Part shown: positions 1 through 10,740 of the stretch, in pieces
Layout: every line of letters begins with the position of its first letter
How positions within the stretch are numbered: the stretch's first letter is position 1
NCBI GenBank assembly: GCA_965262615.1
Contig: OZ253545.1
Coordinates: 1,376,001 to 1,440,000 of the forward strand
DNA: 64,000 bases
Reading direction: 5' to 3'
Origin: Alphaproteobacteria bacterium
GTDB lineage: Bacteria > Pseudomonadota > Alphaproteobacteria > GM7ARS4 > G965262615
Made by a program: the position numbers and the translations under genes
Notes under the pieces: generated by a model
What the model saw: the letters and a program-made list of their open reading frames with translations, nothing else
What the model was told of the DNA's origin: nothing
Databases searched by the model: none

Positions 1-823
1 CGAGCAACACAGCAATTAGCATGAGTTTCGGCGTGATAATCACTCTCCACCAAAAATTTTCGGTATCATATGAAGTCCCATACCCCTCAATCACATGACG
101 GTATTGCCATGCTTGTTCTAAAGGAACTGCCGCGACACACAAACATATCAATAGTGCGCCATAAGGATAGGGCGTGGTGAGATGAGCTCGCGCCTCTTTG
201 TCCATGAGAATCCACAGTGCCACAGTCACCAGCAGTATAAAAATGTGATACTTCATCCAGATTGGAATTCCCATGACGAAGCCTAACAATAACCACCAGT
301 GGTGCTGTTGTGCCTTTTGTGTGAGGGGACGGGTGGCATAGAAGGTGAGCAATGGAATCAACGCCCAAAACGGATACATCATTATATCCTGATTGGCCCC
401 CACCCGAGTATATCCCTGATACACATGCAGCCCCACCAACAATAAAGTGGCAGCAAGAGCTTGTTCTTTGTTTTTGAACAAAACGACCCCCAAGCGATAG
501 ACGACACCATAGGTCGCAATGACAAAAAATTGTGCCGCGACATAATGAGGCAACGGCAACAACCCCTCACCCATGTTGAGCCAATGATGAACAATATAGA
601 CAAGTGGCGGATGTCTTGGCTCGTAAGCTTCCTCGCCATAGAGTCCCACAAGTGAATTAAAAAGTATATCATGGTGAGGGGCTGCATTAAAAAAGGTCGC
701 CATGACTCCCCATCCCAGCACCTGCAGTCCCATAATCAACGCCAAGCCGCGTGACGGTTTTTCCACAAAAAAATCCAACAAAAGATACACGCGTTTGAGC
801 AATCGTTGTAATGGGCGTTTCAT
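1..823 (-). CDS. GT-C fold glycosyltransferase (GT39/GT83, ArnT/Rgt-like), array copy 7, runs off the window edge
   Basis: Not in the ORF track; translated by hand from ATG at 823: MKRPLQRLLKRVYLLLDFFVEKP...PHHDIL...RHPPL...YPFWALIPLL, open to base 1. Confidence 0.85.
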   Translation of the reverse strand, partial: MKRPLQRLLKRVYLLLDFFVEKPSRGLALIMGLQVLGWGVMATFFNAAPHHDILFNSLVGLYGEEAYEPRHPPLVYIVHHWLNMGEGLLPLPHYVAAQFFVIATYGVVYRLGVVLFKNKEQALAATLLLVGLHVYQGYTRVGANQDIMMYPFWALIPLLTFYATRPLTQKAQQHHWWLLLGFVMGIPIWMKYHIFILLVTVALWILMDKEARAHLTTPYPYGALLICLCVAAVPLEQAWQYRHVIEGYGTSYDTENFWWRVIITPKLMLIAVLL

Positions 824-824
824 G

Positions 825-2303
825 TCATGGCTCGGCGGGCGGCAGAATGGCATAATAAATCACATGAGGATATTCATCAATCTTCATGCTTTGTTCTTTG
901 AGATTAAAGCGCGCTATTTTCTGACGCACTTCATCACTGAACCAATGTTTTCCATCAAAAACAAAGAGCACTCCTTGTTTTTGCAACAGTTCATCATCGG
1001 CTGCCTTGTTGTATTGATGAATGAGCCGCGCCTCATTGCCCGCATAGAGAGCCACCACCCCTGCCAATTGCCCAATATTGCCAAAAACATGATAGAGGGG
1101 CTGATTGGATGTTTGTTGTCTCCAGCGGTCTATAATTTTACCGACAATCACCTGCGAATTATTGAAGCGAGGATAAAACCCCCTCTCGAATGGGTATTGA
1201 TAGACGGGCTTTAATAAGAGAGCCACAGCCAATACTAAAATCACATGAGCACTGTATTTGCGCCACCCCGCTCGCACCAATGCCACCAACACAATCCCCC
1301 ACAAAGGATACATGGGTGATAACCAATGAAAAATCATATTAACAGGGATTATGAGGGTGATGAGAAAAAGGATGATGAACGGCATCAATGCAAAGAGACA
1401 CAAAAAGTGTGTGTCTCGTTTCGTCATGTGATGGAATGGATAGGTGAGACGAGTTCGCCATGAAACCAAGCCCGCCAGCAGTACCGCCAGCAGCATGAGT
1501 TTTGGTTTGTTGATGACATTACTCCACACATTTTCGTCTCTATCCCACCACCGCAGATGGTTCTCAATGGCATGACTGTTTTGCCAAGCTTGTTCTAAAG
1601 GAATTGCCGCGACACACAGAAATATCAACAATGCCCCATAGGGATAGGGTGTGGCAAGATGAGCGCGCGCCTCTTTGTCAATGAGAACCCACAGCCCCAC
1701 GGTTGCCAGCAGCAGAGCGATGGAATATTTCGCCCACAGAGACACCCCCATGACAAACCCCAACAGCAACCACCAGCGATGTTGATGTGCCTTTTGTGTG
1801 AGAGGACGAGTGGCATAAAAGGTGAGCAAAGGAATTAACGCCCAGAACGGATATTGAATCGTATTGTGATTCAATCCAACCAAAGAATATCTGTTATACG
1901 GATCCAACCCCGTGAGCAACAAGGTGGCGACAAGGGCTTGCACTTTGTCTTTGAGAAGCACAACGCCCATGGCGTAGACCGCGCCATAGGTGGCAATCAC
2001 AAATAATTGCGTGATGATATAATGGGCAGGAAATGGCGGCATATCGCCACTGCCCAACAGGTAGTAAACCATATTGACAAGAGGCGGATTGCGCAGTTCA
2101 GCTGCTCCAAATCCAAATTCCCTCACAAAATAAGAGAGTACAACCATGTCAAAGGGAGGAATGGGATTGACAAAAATTCCCATCATCCCCCACCCAAGCA
2201 CCTGCAATCCCATCAGCAACACCAAACCGCGTGACGGCTTTTGCACAAAAAAATCCAACAAAAGATACACGCGTGTGAGCAATTGTTGTAATGGGCGTTT
2301 CAT
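825..2303 (-). CDS. GT-C fold glycosyltransferase, array copy 6 (subtype B)
   Basis: Multi-TM protein; Asp after TM1, RNPPL, NHN..QYPFWAL, WAKY motifs; ends YAILPPAEP. Confidence 0.8.
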   Translation of the reverse strand: MKRPLQQLLTRVYLLLDFFVQKPSRGLVLLMGLQVLGWGMMGIFVNPIPPFDMVVLSYFVREFGFGAAELRNPPLVNMVYYLLGSGDMPPFPAHYIITQLFVIATYGAVYAMGVVLLKDKVQALVATLLLTGLDPYNRYSLVGLNHNTIQYPFWALIPLLTFYATRPLTQKAHQHRWWLLLGFVMGVSLWAKYSIALLLATVGLWVLIDKEARAHLATPYPYGALLIFLCVAAIPLEQAWQNSHAIENHLRWWDRDENVWSNVINKPKLMLLAVLLAGLVSWRTRLTYPFHHMTKRDTHFLCLFALMPFIILFLITLIIPVNMIFHWLSPMYPLWGIVLVALVRAGWRKYSAHVILVLAVALLLKPVYQYPFERGFYPRFNNSQVIVGKIIDRWRQQTSNQPLYHVFGNIGQLAGVVALYAGNEARLIHQYNKAADDELLQKQGVLFVFDGKHWFSDEVRQKIARFNLKEQSMKIDEYPHVIYYAILPPAEP

Positions 2304-2304
2304 G

Positions 2305-3804
2305 TCATGGCTCGGCGGGTGGCAGAATGGCGTAATGAATCACATGAGGATATTCATCAATCTTCATGCTCTGCTCTGGCACTTGCAAATTTTTTATGAC
2401 TTGGCGAAATTGATGACTGTTCATCTCGCCCTCTCGAAAAACAACAAGAGCTCCTCTGTGCCGTTCATTCTCTGCGAGATGCCCGATGGGATAACCGCCA
2501 CCACCATAAAGGGACACCACGCCTCCAAGAATTCCACTCACCCCATACACGACACCAAGGGGCGCATTGTCTGTCTGCCGATTCCATTCACGCATGACTT
2601 TTTCGGCAATCACCCAGTGATTGTCCGTTCTGGGATAAAATCCATGTGCCAACGGATAGTAATACACCGGCTTGAGCAACAACACAACAGCAGCCAATAG
2701 TATCAGATGAGGGCTATAGGCGCGCCATGTGGAACGCATGATTGCCACCAACACAATTCCCCACAAAGCATACATGGGCAGTGTCCAAGAAAAAAGTGGA
2801 AGCACCTGCCGATACACCGACCCCACGACCAAAACTGCAAAAGGCACAAAGGTCACAAACAGGAGAAAGAAACTCGCCCGCCGTGTCATGCGCGTAAAGG
2901 GATACATCAGGCGCGTGTTCATTGATATGCCTCGTGCCACAATCGCCACACCCACCATAGAAGCCAAAATCACCACAATATCAATGGGGTCGTCAAAAGA
3001 CACCACATCAGATGCTCTGTCTAAAACATAATTAGCCGTCCACGCCCAATGATAAAACCCATAATAAATGGGCATTGCCCCAATCAACAGACACAAAATC
3101 ATGGCAAGGTAGGGGTGGGCGGTTTTATAGTGCCCACGCGCGTCGCGATCAATCAGAGTCCATGCCAACAGTGTGCCATACAGGAGCCCAATGGAGATTA
3201 TCGTCCAACATCCCATTCCCAACAACACCCCCAACACCAGCCAAAACCAATGCTGATGAGCTTTTTCACGCAAAGGAAGGGTGGCGTAAAAGGTGACGAG
3301 AGGAATGAAAATCCAAAAAGGATACTGCAACACATTGTGATTGAGCCCTTGCAAATAGCCGTGAGTGAATTCAATAATGGGTGCGCCTTGATACACCCCC
3401 AATGGAATGAGCAACAAAACAGAAACCAAAGCCTGCACTTTGTCTTTGAACAAAGCCAAACCCATGTAATAAACACCAATATATGTGGCAATGACAAAAA
3501 TCTGCGCGGCGATGTTATGAGAATAAACCAACAGTGTTTCGCCGAAATTCAGCCAATGAGCGAGCCAGTAAGCCAAAGGCGAATTACGATACCCATCGCC
3601 CCAAAAATCAGTATCAGGATTGCTTCCAATAAAGGTATGGAGCAAGATATCAAAATACGGGATGGGCATGAAGAATGTGACGAGAATGCCCCATCCCACC
3701 ATTTGCAAAACACAAATGAGCACCAGTCCGTGCACCGGCTTTTGCACAAAAAAATCCAGCCAAAGATACACGCGTGTGAGCAATTGTTGTAATGGGCGTT
3801 TCAT
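2305..3804 (-). CDS. GT-C fold glycosyltransferase, array copy 5 (subtype C)
   Basis: Paralog of neighbours; GYRNSPL, LNHNVLQYPFW; the usual TK(Y/I) Lys is replaced (WTIIS). Confidence 0.8.
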   Translation of the reverse strand: MKRPLQQLLTRVYLWLDFFVQKPVHGLVLICVLQMVGWGILVTFFMPIPYFDILLHTFIGSNPDTDFWGDGYRNSPLAYWLAHWLNFGETLLVYSHNIAAQIFVIATYIGVYYMGLALFKDKVQALVSVLLLIPLGVYQGAPIIEFTHGYLQGLNHNVLQYPFWIFIPLVTFYATLPLREKAHQHWFWLVLGVLLGMGCWTIISIGLLYGTLLAWTLIDRDARGHYKTAHPYLAMILCLLIGAMPIYYGFYHWAWTANYVLDRASDVVSFDDPIDIVVILASMVGVAIVARGISMNTRLMYPFTRMTRRASFFLLFVTFVPFAVLVVGSVYRQVLPLFSWTLPMYALWGIVLVAIMRSTWRAYSPHLILLAAVVLLLKPVYYYPLAHGFYPRTDNHWVIAEKVMREWNRQTDNAPLGVVYGVSGILGGVVSLYGGGGYPIGHLAENERHRGALVVFREGEMNSHQFRQVIKNLQVPEQSMKIDEYPHVIHYAILPPAEP

Positions 3805-3805
3805 G

Positions 3806-5314
3806 TCATGGCTCGGCTGGCGGTAGAATAGCGTAATAAATCACATAAGGATATTCGTCAATCTTCATGCTTTGCTCTGGCACTTGCAGACGCTCTATGG
3901 TTTTGCGCAAATGATTTTTCGTCCAGTCATAATCATGAAAAACAAAAAGCACCCCTCCTCTATGGAGTTCATTGTCCACTTCATAATAGTGAAGCGTATA
4001 AGCCATGTTATACAAGGATACCAGCCCTCCAAGAACAACACTCCCATACACAATGCCAAGGGGAGCGTTTTGCGTCTGCTTGTTCCATTCATCCGTTATT
4101 TTCTCGGCGATCACCCAGTGATTATCCGCTCTGGGATAAAATCCGTGTGCCAACGGATAGTAATAGACAGGCTTGAGCAACAGCACAATGGCAGCCAATA
4201 AAATCAGATGGGGACTATAGTGATGCCATGTGGAACGCATGATTGCCACCAGCACAACGCCCAATAGCCCATACATGGGCAGTGTCCAAGAAAAAGGAGG
4301 AATCACCTGCAGAGACACCGACCCCACCAATATCACCGCAAAAGGCATAAAGGTTAGAACCAAGAGAAAATGGCTCGCGCGCCGTGTCAGACGCGCAAAG
4401 GGATAGCAAAGACTTGTTCGCAGCGATATGCCTCTTGCCACAATCGCCACACCCACCATAGAAGCCAAAATCACCACAATATCAATGGGGTGGTCAAAAT
4501 CTATCAAACGATATGCTCTGCCTAAAGCATGATTAGCATGATTGGCCACATTAGCCCAATGATAAAACCCATAATACAAGGGCATCGCGCCAATCAACAG
4601 ACACAACCCAATGGCAAGATAGGGATAGGCGGTTTTATAGTGCCCACGCGCCTCACGATCAATCAGAGTCCATGCCAACAGTGTGCTGTAGAGCAATCCG
4701 ATGGAGATTTTTGTCCAGCATCCCATTCCCAACAACACGCCCAACACCAGCCACCACAAAGATTGACGCGCCTTTTCCCTCAAAGGACGCGTGGCATAAA
4801 AGGTGACAAGAGGAATCAAAATCCAAAAAGGATACTGCAGCACATTGTGATTAAGACCCTGCAAATAACCATGAGAAAACTCGGTAATGGGCGCGCCTTG
4901 ATACACCCCCAATGGAATGAGCAACAATACACAGACAAGGGCATCGCGTTTATTTTTCAGCAATTCCAAGCCCATGTAATACACCCCAATGTATGTGGCA
5001 ATGACAAACAATTGAGCGGCGATGTGATGTGGATACACCAACAACGGCTCGCCAAAATTCAGCCAATGAGTGAGCCAGTAAGCCAAAGGCGGATGATGAT
5101 ACCCATCGCCCCAAAAATCAGCATCAGGGTTTCTTCCAACAAAGGTATGGAGCAAGATATCATAATACGGGATGGGCATGAAGAATGTGACCAAAATCCC
5201 CCACCCCACCATTTGCAAGCCACAAATGAGCAAAAGCCCCCGCACCGGCTTTTCCACAAAAAAATCCAGCAAAAGATACACGCGTTTGAGCAATTGTTGT
5301 AATGGGCGTTTCAT
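3806..5314 (-). CDS. GT-C fold glycosyltransferase, array copy 4 (subtype C)
   Basis: GYHHPPL, LNHNVLQYPFW, WTKIS; multi-TM. Confidence 0.8.
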   Translation of the reverse strand: MKRPLQQLLKRVYLLLDFFVEKPVRGLLLICGLQMVGWGILVTFFMPIPYYDILLHTFVGRNPDADFWGDGYHHPPLAYWLTHWLNFGEPLLVYPHHIAAQLFVIATYIGVYYMGLELLKNKRDALVCVLLLIPLGVYQGAPITEFSHGYLQGLNHNVLQYPFWILIPLVTFYATRPLREKARQSLWWLVLGVLLGMGCWTKISIGLLYSTLLAWTLIDREARGHYKTAYPYLAIGLCLLIGAMPLYYGFYHWANVANHANHALGRAYRLIDFDHPIDIVVILASMVGVAIVARGISLRTSLCYPFARLTRRASHFLLVLTFMPFAVILVGSVSLQVIPPFSWTLPMYGLLGVVLVAIMRSTWHHYSPHLILLAAIVLLLKPVYYYPLAHGFYPRADNHWVIAEKITDEWNKQTQNAPLGIVYGSVVLGGLVSLYNMAYTLHYYEVDNELHRGGVLFVFHDYDWTKNHLRKTIERLQVPEQSMKIDEYPYVIYYAILPPAEP

Positions 5315-5315
5315 G

Positions 5316-6815
5316 TCATGGCTCGGCTGGCGGCAGAATGGCGTAATAAATCACATGAGGAAATTCATTAATGACCAATTTTTTCTCTTTGAGATTAAAG
5401 CGCGCCATTTCCTGACGCACCTCACCTTTGAACCCATCATTTCCACTATGGAAGACGAATAAAGCCCCTTCTTTTTGCAGCAGCTGACCGTCTTTGACCT
5501 CCTCTCTGTATTGACGGCTGGGATACATATCGTATTGATGAATGAGTTTCACCTCTTTTCCCCCATAGAGACCCAGCAGACCTCCCAATGAACCAATATC
5601 GCCCCAAATATAAGCCATTGGTGCATCGTTGGTTTCTTGCCTCCACCGCTCCACAATTTTTTCAGCCACCACCTGATGATTATTCAAACGAGGATAAAAA
5701 CCCTTGAATGGATGTTGATAGAAAGGCTTTAATAAGAGAGCCAGTGCCAATAGCAAAATCACATGGGCACTGTAGTGCCGCCATCCTGCCCGTAGCAGTG
5801 CCACCAATAAAATTCCCCACAGAGGATACATGGAGGATGTCCAATAAAATCTCAGGGGAATATCCATCACGACTCCTGCCACAAAAAGCACGATGAATGG
5901 CATCAATGCGAAGAAGCAAAGAAAATGAGTCTCTCGTTTTGTCATGGTGTGAAAAGGATAGACAAGACGCGTCTTCAATGAAATGAGCCCAGCAAGCAAC
6001 ACGGCAAGGAGCATGAGTTTCGGAATGATGATGACTCTCAACCAAAAATTTTCTGTGTCATGGTAACCTCCATAACCCTCAATCGCATGACTGTATTGCC
6101 ATGCTTGTTCTAAAGGAACTGCCGCCACACACAAACAGATTAACAATGCGCCATAGGGATAGGGCGTGGCAAGGTGAGCGCGCGCCTCTTTGTCCATGAG
6201 AACCCATAGTCCCATCGTCACCAACAGCACAACAATATAATACTTCGCCCAAATTGGTATTCCCATGACAAAACCCAACAATAGCCACCAGCGGTGCTGC
6301 TGTGCACCTTGATTCAAAGGACGGGTGGCATAAAAAGTGAGCAATGGAATCAATGCCCAAAACGGATACATCATCAAATCATGATTGACCCCCACCCAAG
6401 TATATTTCTGATACAGATACAATCCCACCAACAATAGGGTGGCAGCGAGGGCTTGCACTTTATTTTTCAGCAAAACAATCCCCAATTGATATACGGCAGC
6501 ATAAGTCGCAATGACAAATAATTGTGCCACGACATAATGAGGCAAAAGAAACAACGGCTCATCCATATAAAGCCAATGATTGAGCAGATACGAAAGCGGC
6601 GGATGTCTTTTCTCAGAACCATCCGCGCCATGGAGTCCGACCAGTGAATTCACAAGTATATCATGGTTCGGGATTGCATGAAAAAAAGTCCTCATCACCC
6701 CCCACCCCAGCATCTGCAATCCCATGAGCAACGCCAAGCCGCGTGACGGTTTTTGCACAAAAAAATCCAACCACCGATAGCCGCGTGCTAATAATTTTTG
6801 TAATGGGCGTTTCAT
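5316..6815 (-). CDS. GT-C fold glycosyltransferase, array copy 3 (subtype A)
   Basis: KRHPPL, NHD..MYPFWAL, WAKY; multi-TM. Confidence 0.8.
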   Translation of the reverse strand: MKRPLQKLLARGYRWLDFFVQKPSRGLALLMGLQMLGWGVMRTFFHAIPNHDILVNSLVGLHGADGSEKRHPPLSYLLNHWLYMDEPLFLLPHYVVAQLFVIATYAAVYQLGIVLLKNKVQALAATLLLVGLYLYQKYTWVGVNHDLMMYPFWALIPLLTFYATRPLNQGAQQHRWWLLLGFVMGIPIWAKYYIVVLLVTMGLWVLMDKEARAHLATPYPYGALLICLCVAAVPLEQAWQYSHAIEGYGGYHDTENFWLRVIIIPKLMLLAVLLAGLISLKTRLVYPFHTMTKRETHFLCFFALMPFIVLFVAGVVMDIPLRFYWTSSMYPLWGILLVALLRAGWRHYSAHVILLLALALLLKPFYQHPFKGFYPRLNNHQVVAEKIVERWRQETNDAPMAYIWGDIGSLGGLLGLYGGKEVKLIHQYDMYPSRQYREEVKDGQLLQKEGALFVFHSGNDGFKGEVRQEMARFNLKEKKLVINEFPHVIYYAILPPAEP

Positions 6816-6816
6816 G

Positions 6817-8295
6817 TCATGGCTCGGCTGGCGGCAGAATGGCGTAATAAATCACATGAGGATATTCATCAATCTTCATTTTTTGCTCTTTGAGATTAAA
6901 GCGCGCCATTTCCTGACGCACTTCATCCCTGAACCAATCGCCTTCAAAAGACACAAACAATGCACCCTCTTTTTGCAACAGTTCATCGTCTGCTGCCTCG
7001 TTGCGTTCATTGATGAGCCGCGCCTGATTGCCCGCATAGAGAGCCACCACCCCTCCCAAGAACCCAATATTGCCAAAAACATGATATATGGGTTGATTGG
7101 ATGTTTGTTGTCTCCAATTTTCCATAATTTTTTCGCTAATCACCTGAGGATTATTCAAGCGAGGATAAAAACCTCTCTTGAATGGGGATTGATAGAAGGG
7201 CTTTAATAAGAGAGCCACTGCCAATATTAAAATCACATGGGCACTGTAGTGCCGCCACCCAGCCCGCACCAGTGCCACCAACAAAATCCCCCACAAGGGA
7301 TACATGGAGTATGTCCAATAATACTTTAGCTCAATATGGATCATGAGAGTGAGTAGCCCAAGCATTATGAACGGCATCAGTGCAAAGAGGCACAAAAAGT
7401 GTGTGTCTCGTTTTGTCATGTCATGGAATGGATAGGTGAAACGAGTTCGCAATGAGACCAACCCCGCCAACAGTGCCGCAAGTAGCATGAGTTTTGGCAT
7501 CAATAACACCTTGAGCCACACATTTCTTTCTGCATTTTCCCGTTGAATATGTCCCTCAATAAAATGGCTATATTGCCATGCTTGTTCCAAAGGAATCGCC
7601 GCCACACACAGAAATATCAACAATGCCCCGTAGGGATAGGGTGTGGTGAGATGAGCGCGCGCCTCTTTGTCAATGATAACCCATATTCCCACCGTTGCCA
7701 GCAATAAAACAATGGAATACTTAGTCCAAAGAGCCAGCCCCATGACAAAGCCCAGCAACAACCACCAGCGATGCTGCTGTGCATCTTGACTCAAAGGACG
7801 CGTGGCATAAAAGGTGAGCAAAGGAATCAAAGCCCAAAATGGATATTGAATCACATTGTGATTGACTCCAATCCAAGCCTCTTTGTGATACACCCCCAAC
7901 CCCACCAACAATAAGGTGGCAACAAGGGCTTGCACCTTGTTTTTGAGAAGTGCAATGCCCATGCCGTAGACCGCGCCATAGGTGGCAATCACAAATAATT
8001 GCGTGATGATATAATGGGCAGGAAATGGCGGCATATCGCCACTGCCCAACAGGTAGAATAATATATTGACAAGAGGCGGATGGCGCAGGCTACCTGTTCC
8101 GAATCCAAATTCTCTCACTTGATAAGAGTGTCCGATCATGTCATAGGGAGGGATTGGAAAAACAAAAATTGCCATGACTCCCCACCCCAGCACTTGCAAT
8201 CCCATCAGCAATGCCAAGCCACGCATTGGCTTTTCCACAAAAAAATCCAGCCACCGATAGACGCGTACTAATAATTTTTGTAATGGGCGTTTCAT
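6817..8295 (-). CDS. GT-C fold glycosyltransferase, array copy 2 (subtype B)
   Basis: LRHPPL, NHNVIQYPFWAL, WTKY; multi-TM. Confidence 0.8.
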   Translation of the reverse strand: MKRPLQKLLVRVYRWLDFFVEKPMRGLALLMGLQVLGWGVMAIFVFPIPPYDMIGHSYQVREFGFGTGSLRHPPLVNILFYLLGSGDMPPFPAHYIITQLFVIATYGAVYGMGIALLKNKVQALVATLLLVGLGVYHKEAWIGVNHNVIQYPFWALIPLLTFYATRPLSQDAQQHRWWLLLGFVMGLALWTKYSIVLLLATVGIWVIIDKEARAHLTTPYPYGALLIFLCVAAIPLEQAWQYSHFIEGHIQRENAERNVWLKVLLMPKLMLLAALLAGLVSLRTRFTYPFHDMTKRDTHFLCLFALMPFIMLGLLTLMIHIELKYYWTYSMYPLWGILLVALVRAGWRHYSAHVILILAVALLLKPFYQSPFKRGFYPRLNNPQVISEKIMENWRQQTSNQPIYHVFGNIGFLGGVVALYAGNQARLINERNEAADDELLQKEGALFVSFEGDWFRDEVRQEMARFNLKEQKMKIDEYPHVIYYAILPPAEP

Positions 8296-8296
8296 G

Positions 8297-9808
8297 TCAT
8301 GGCTCGGCGGGTGGCAGAATGGCGTAATAAATCACATGAGGATATTCATCAATCTTCATGCTCTGCTCCTTGAGATTAAAGCGCGCGATTTCCTGACGCA
8401 CTTCATCTTTGAACAAATCATTTCCACTATGGAAAACGAATAAAGCCCCTTCTTTTCGAAGCAGCTGACCGTCTTTAACCTCCTCTTTGTATTGACGGCT
8501 AGGATACACATCGTCGTATTGATGAATGAACTTCACCTCTTTTCCGCCATAAAGACCCAGCACACCTCCCAATGAAGTAATATCACCAAAAATATAAGCC
8601 ATTGGTGCATCATTGGTTTCTTGTCTCCACCGCTCCACAATTTTTTCAGCCACCACCTGCGGATTGTTAAGGGACAAATAGAGGTCTTTTGTGAAGGGAT
8701 ACTTATAGAAAGGCTTCAGCAATAAATACAAAGCCAACAGTAAAATCACATGGGCACTGTATTTCCGCCACCCCGCTCGCACCAGTGCCACCAATAAGAG
8801 ACTCCACAGGGGATACATGGCGGCTGTCCAATAAAATCTCATGCTGGCATCCATCACGCCTGCAACCACAAAAAGAACGATGAATGGCATCAATGCAAAG
8901 AAACAAAGAAAATGAGTCTCTCGTTTTGTCATGGTGTGAAAAGGATAGGTGAGACGCGTCTTCAATGAGATGAGCCCAGCGAACAGCACGGCAAACAGCA
9001 TAAATTTCGGCTTGGTGATGACTTTCAACCAAAAATTTTCGTCATCATGTCCAGACTTTCCCCACCCCTCAATCGCGTGACTGTATTGCCATGCTTGTTC
9101 TAAAGGAACTGCCGCCACACACGCAAATATCAGCAACGCCCCATAGGGATAGGGCGTGGCAAGATGAGCGCGTGCCTCTTTGTCCATGAGAACCCACAGT
9201 CCCACAGTCACCAACAACAAAGCAATCTGATACTTCACCCAGACTGGCACTCCCATGACGAAGCCCAACAACAACCACCATCGGTGCTGCTGTGCATCGT
9301 GACTCAAAGGACGCGTGGCATAAAAAGTGAGCAATGGAATCAACGCCCAAAACGGATACATCATCACATTATGATTGACTCCAACAAACCAAGTAGATTT
9401 ATAATACTCATACAATCCCACCAACAATAAGGTGGCGGCGAGGGCTTGCACTTTATTTTTGAACAAGACGACTCCCAATTGATAGACGACACCATAGGTG
9501 GCAATCACAAATAATTGCGCCACGACATAATGAGGCAAAAGGAACAAAGGCTCACCCATATGAAGCCAATGGTTGACAACATAGGGAAGATGCGGATGTC
9601 TTTTATCGTGAGCATCTTCGCCATGGAGTCCTATCAGTGAATTCAAAAGTATATCAAGGTCAGGGATTGGATTAAAAAAGGTCGCCATCACCCCCAATGC
9701 CAGCACCTGCAATCCCATGAGCAACGCCAAGCCGCGCCACGGCTTCTGCACAAAAAAATCCAAGAAGCGATAAAGAGGCATCCCTAGGCGATACACTCTT
9801 TTTTTCAT
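8297..9808 (-). CDS. GT-C fold glycosyltransferase, array copy 1 (subtype A), overlaps etfA stop
   Basis: KRHPHL, NHNVMMYPFWAL, WVKY; distinct N-terminus MKKRVYRLG. Confidence 0.8.
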   Translation of the reverse strand: MKKRVYRLGMPLYRFLDFFVQKPWRGLALLMGLQVLALGVMATFFNPIPDLDILLNSLIGLHGEDAHDKRHPHLPYVVNHWLHMGEPLFLLPHYVVAQLFVIATYGVVYQLGVVLFKNKVQALAATLLLVGLYEYYKSTWFVGVNHNVMMYPFWALIPLLTFYATRPLSHDAQQHRWWLLLGFVMGVPVWVKYQIALLLVTVGLWVLMDKEARAHLATPYPYGALLIFACVAAVPLEQAWQYSHAIEGWGKSGHDDENFWLKVITKPKFMLFAVLFAGLISLKTRLTYPFHTMTKRETHFLCFFALMPFIVLFVVAGVMDASMRFYWTAAMYPLWSLLLVALVRAGWRKYSAHVILLLALYLLLKPFYKYPFTKDLYLSLNNPQVVAEKIVERWRQETNDAPMAYIFGDITSLGGVLGLYGGKEVKFIHQYDDVYPSRQYKEEVKDGQLLRKEGALFVFHSGNDLFKDEVRQEIARFNLKEQSMKIDEYPHVIYYAILPPAEP

Positions 9809-10740
9809 AATTTTTTCGTTAATTGCGGCAGTGCATCAAAGAGGTCGGCGACCAATCCATAGTCGGCGATTTGAAAAATGGGAGCTTCTTCATCCTTGTT
9901 GATGGCGACAATGACTTTGGCATCCTTGATTCCCGCCAGATGCTGAATAGCTCCCGATATTCCCACGGCAATGTAAAGGTCGGGGGCAACGATTTTTCCC
10001 GTTTGTCCCACCTGCCAATCGTTGGGGACAAATCCCGCATCCACCGCAGCGCGCGATGCGCCGATGGCTGCTCCCAGTTTGTCAGCCAGTTGTTCCAGCA
10101 GTTTGAAGTTGTCGCTGCTGCCCACGCCCCGTCCGCCTGAGATGACAATGCGCGCCGCCGTCAATTCGGGACGATCCCCACCGCTGAGCTGCTGGCTGTG
10201 AAACGCCGACAATTCCCGCTCCCTCTTCCATGAAATGTTTTCAATGGGGGCGATTTTTTTGCTCTCGCCACAGGCATCAAATGCGGTGGCACGCACAGTC
10301 AGCACGATTTTTTTGTCACGGACGCGCAAAGTCTCCAACGCATTGCCGGCATAAATGGGACGCACAAAGACATCTTTGTCCTCAATGGCAATGACATCAG
10401 ACAACGGCTGCACATTCAACAAAGCGGCAAAACGCGGCATGATGTTCTTGCCAAAACTGGTAGCCGCCGCCACGAATCCCTCATAGTCGGACGCCATAGA
10501 CATCATGACATCGGTCACATCCTCCGCCAGAGGATGCTCAAAACACTCATGAGAAACACACACAACGCGGGCAACGCCGTCCAGAGAGGCGGCACTCCGA
10601 GCAACCCGCTCCAACTGCTGATGCCCGAGAAGCAACAAGGTGACATCCCCGCGCTGCCACGAACACGCCGCCGTCACAGCACGGCGACTGGCATCACTGA
10701 GCTCATTGCCCGTTATTTCCCCACAGACGAGAACGCTCAT
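9805..10740 (-). CDS. etfA: Electron transfer flavoprotein alpha subunit
   Basis: [35 protein letters not shown] motifs. Confidence 0.97.
   Translation of the reverse strand: MSVLVCGEITGNELSDASRRAVTAACSWQRGDVTLLLLGHQQLERVARSAASLDGVARVVCVSHECFEHPLAEDVTDVMMSMASDYEGFVAAATSFGKNIMPRFAALLNVQPLSDVIAIEDKDVFVRPIYAGNALETLRVRDKKIVLTVRATAFDACGESKKIAPIENISWKRERELSAFHSQQLSGGDRPELTAARIVISGGRGVGSSDNFKLLEQLADKLGAAIGASRAAVDAGFVPNDWQVGQTGKIVAPDLYIAVGISGAIQHLAGIKDAKVIVAINKDEEAPIFQIADYGLVADLFDALPQLTKKL

Noticed and set aside
1-9808. Diversity-generating retroelement or integron as the driver of the array
   Set aside because: No reverse transcriptase, integron integrase or attC sites seen; 1-bp spacers leave no room for attC.
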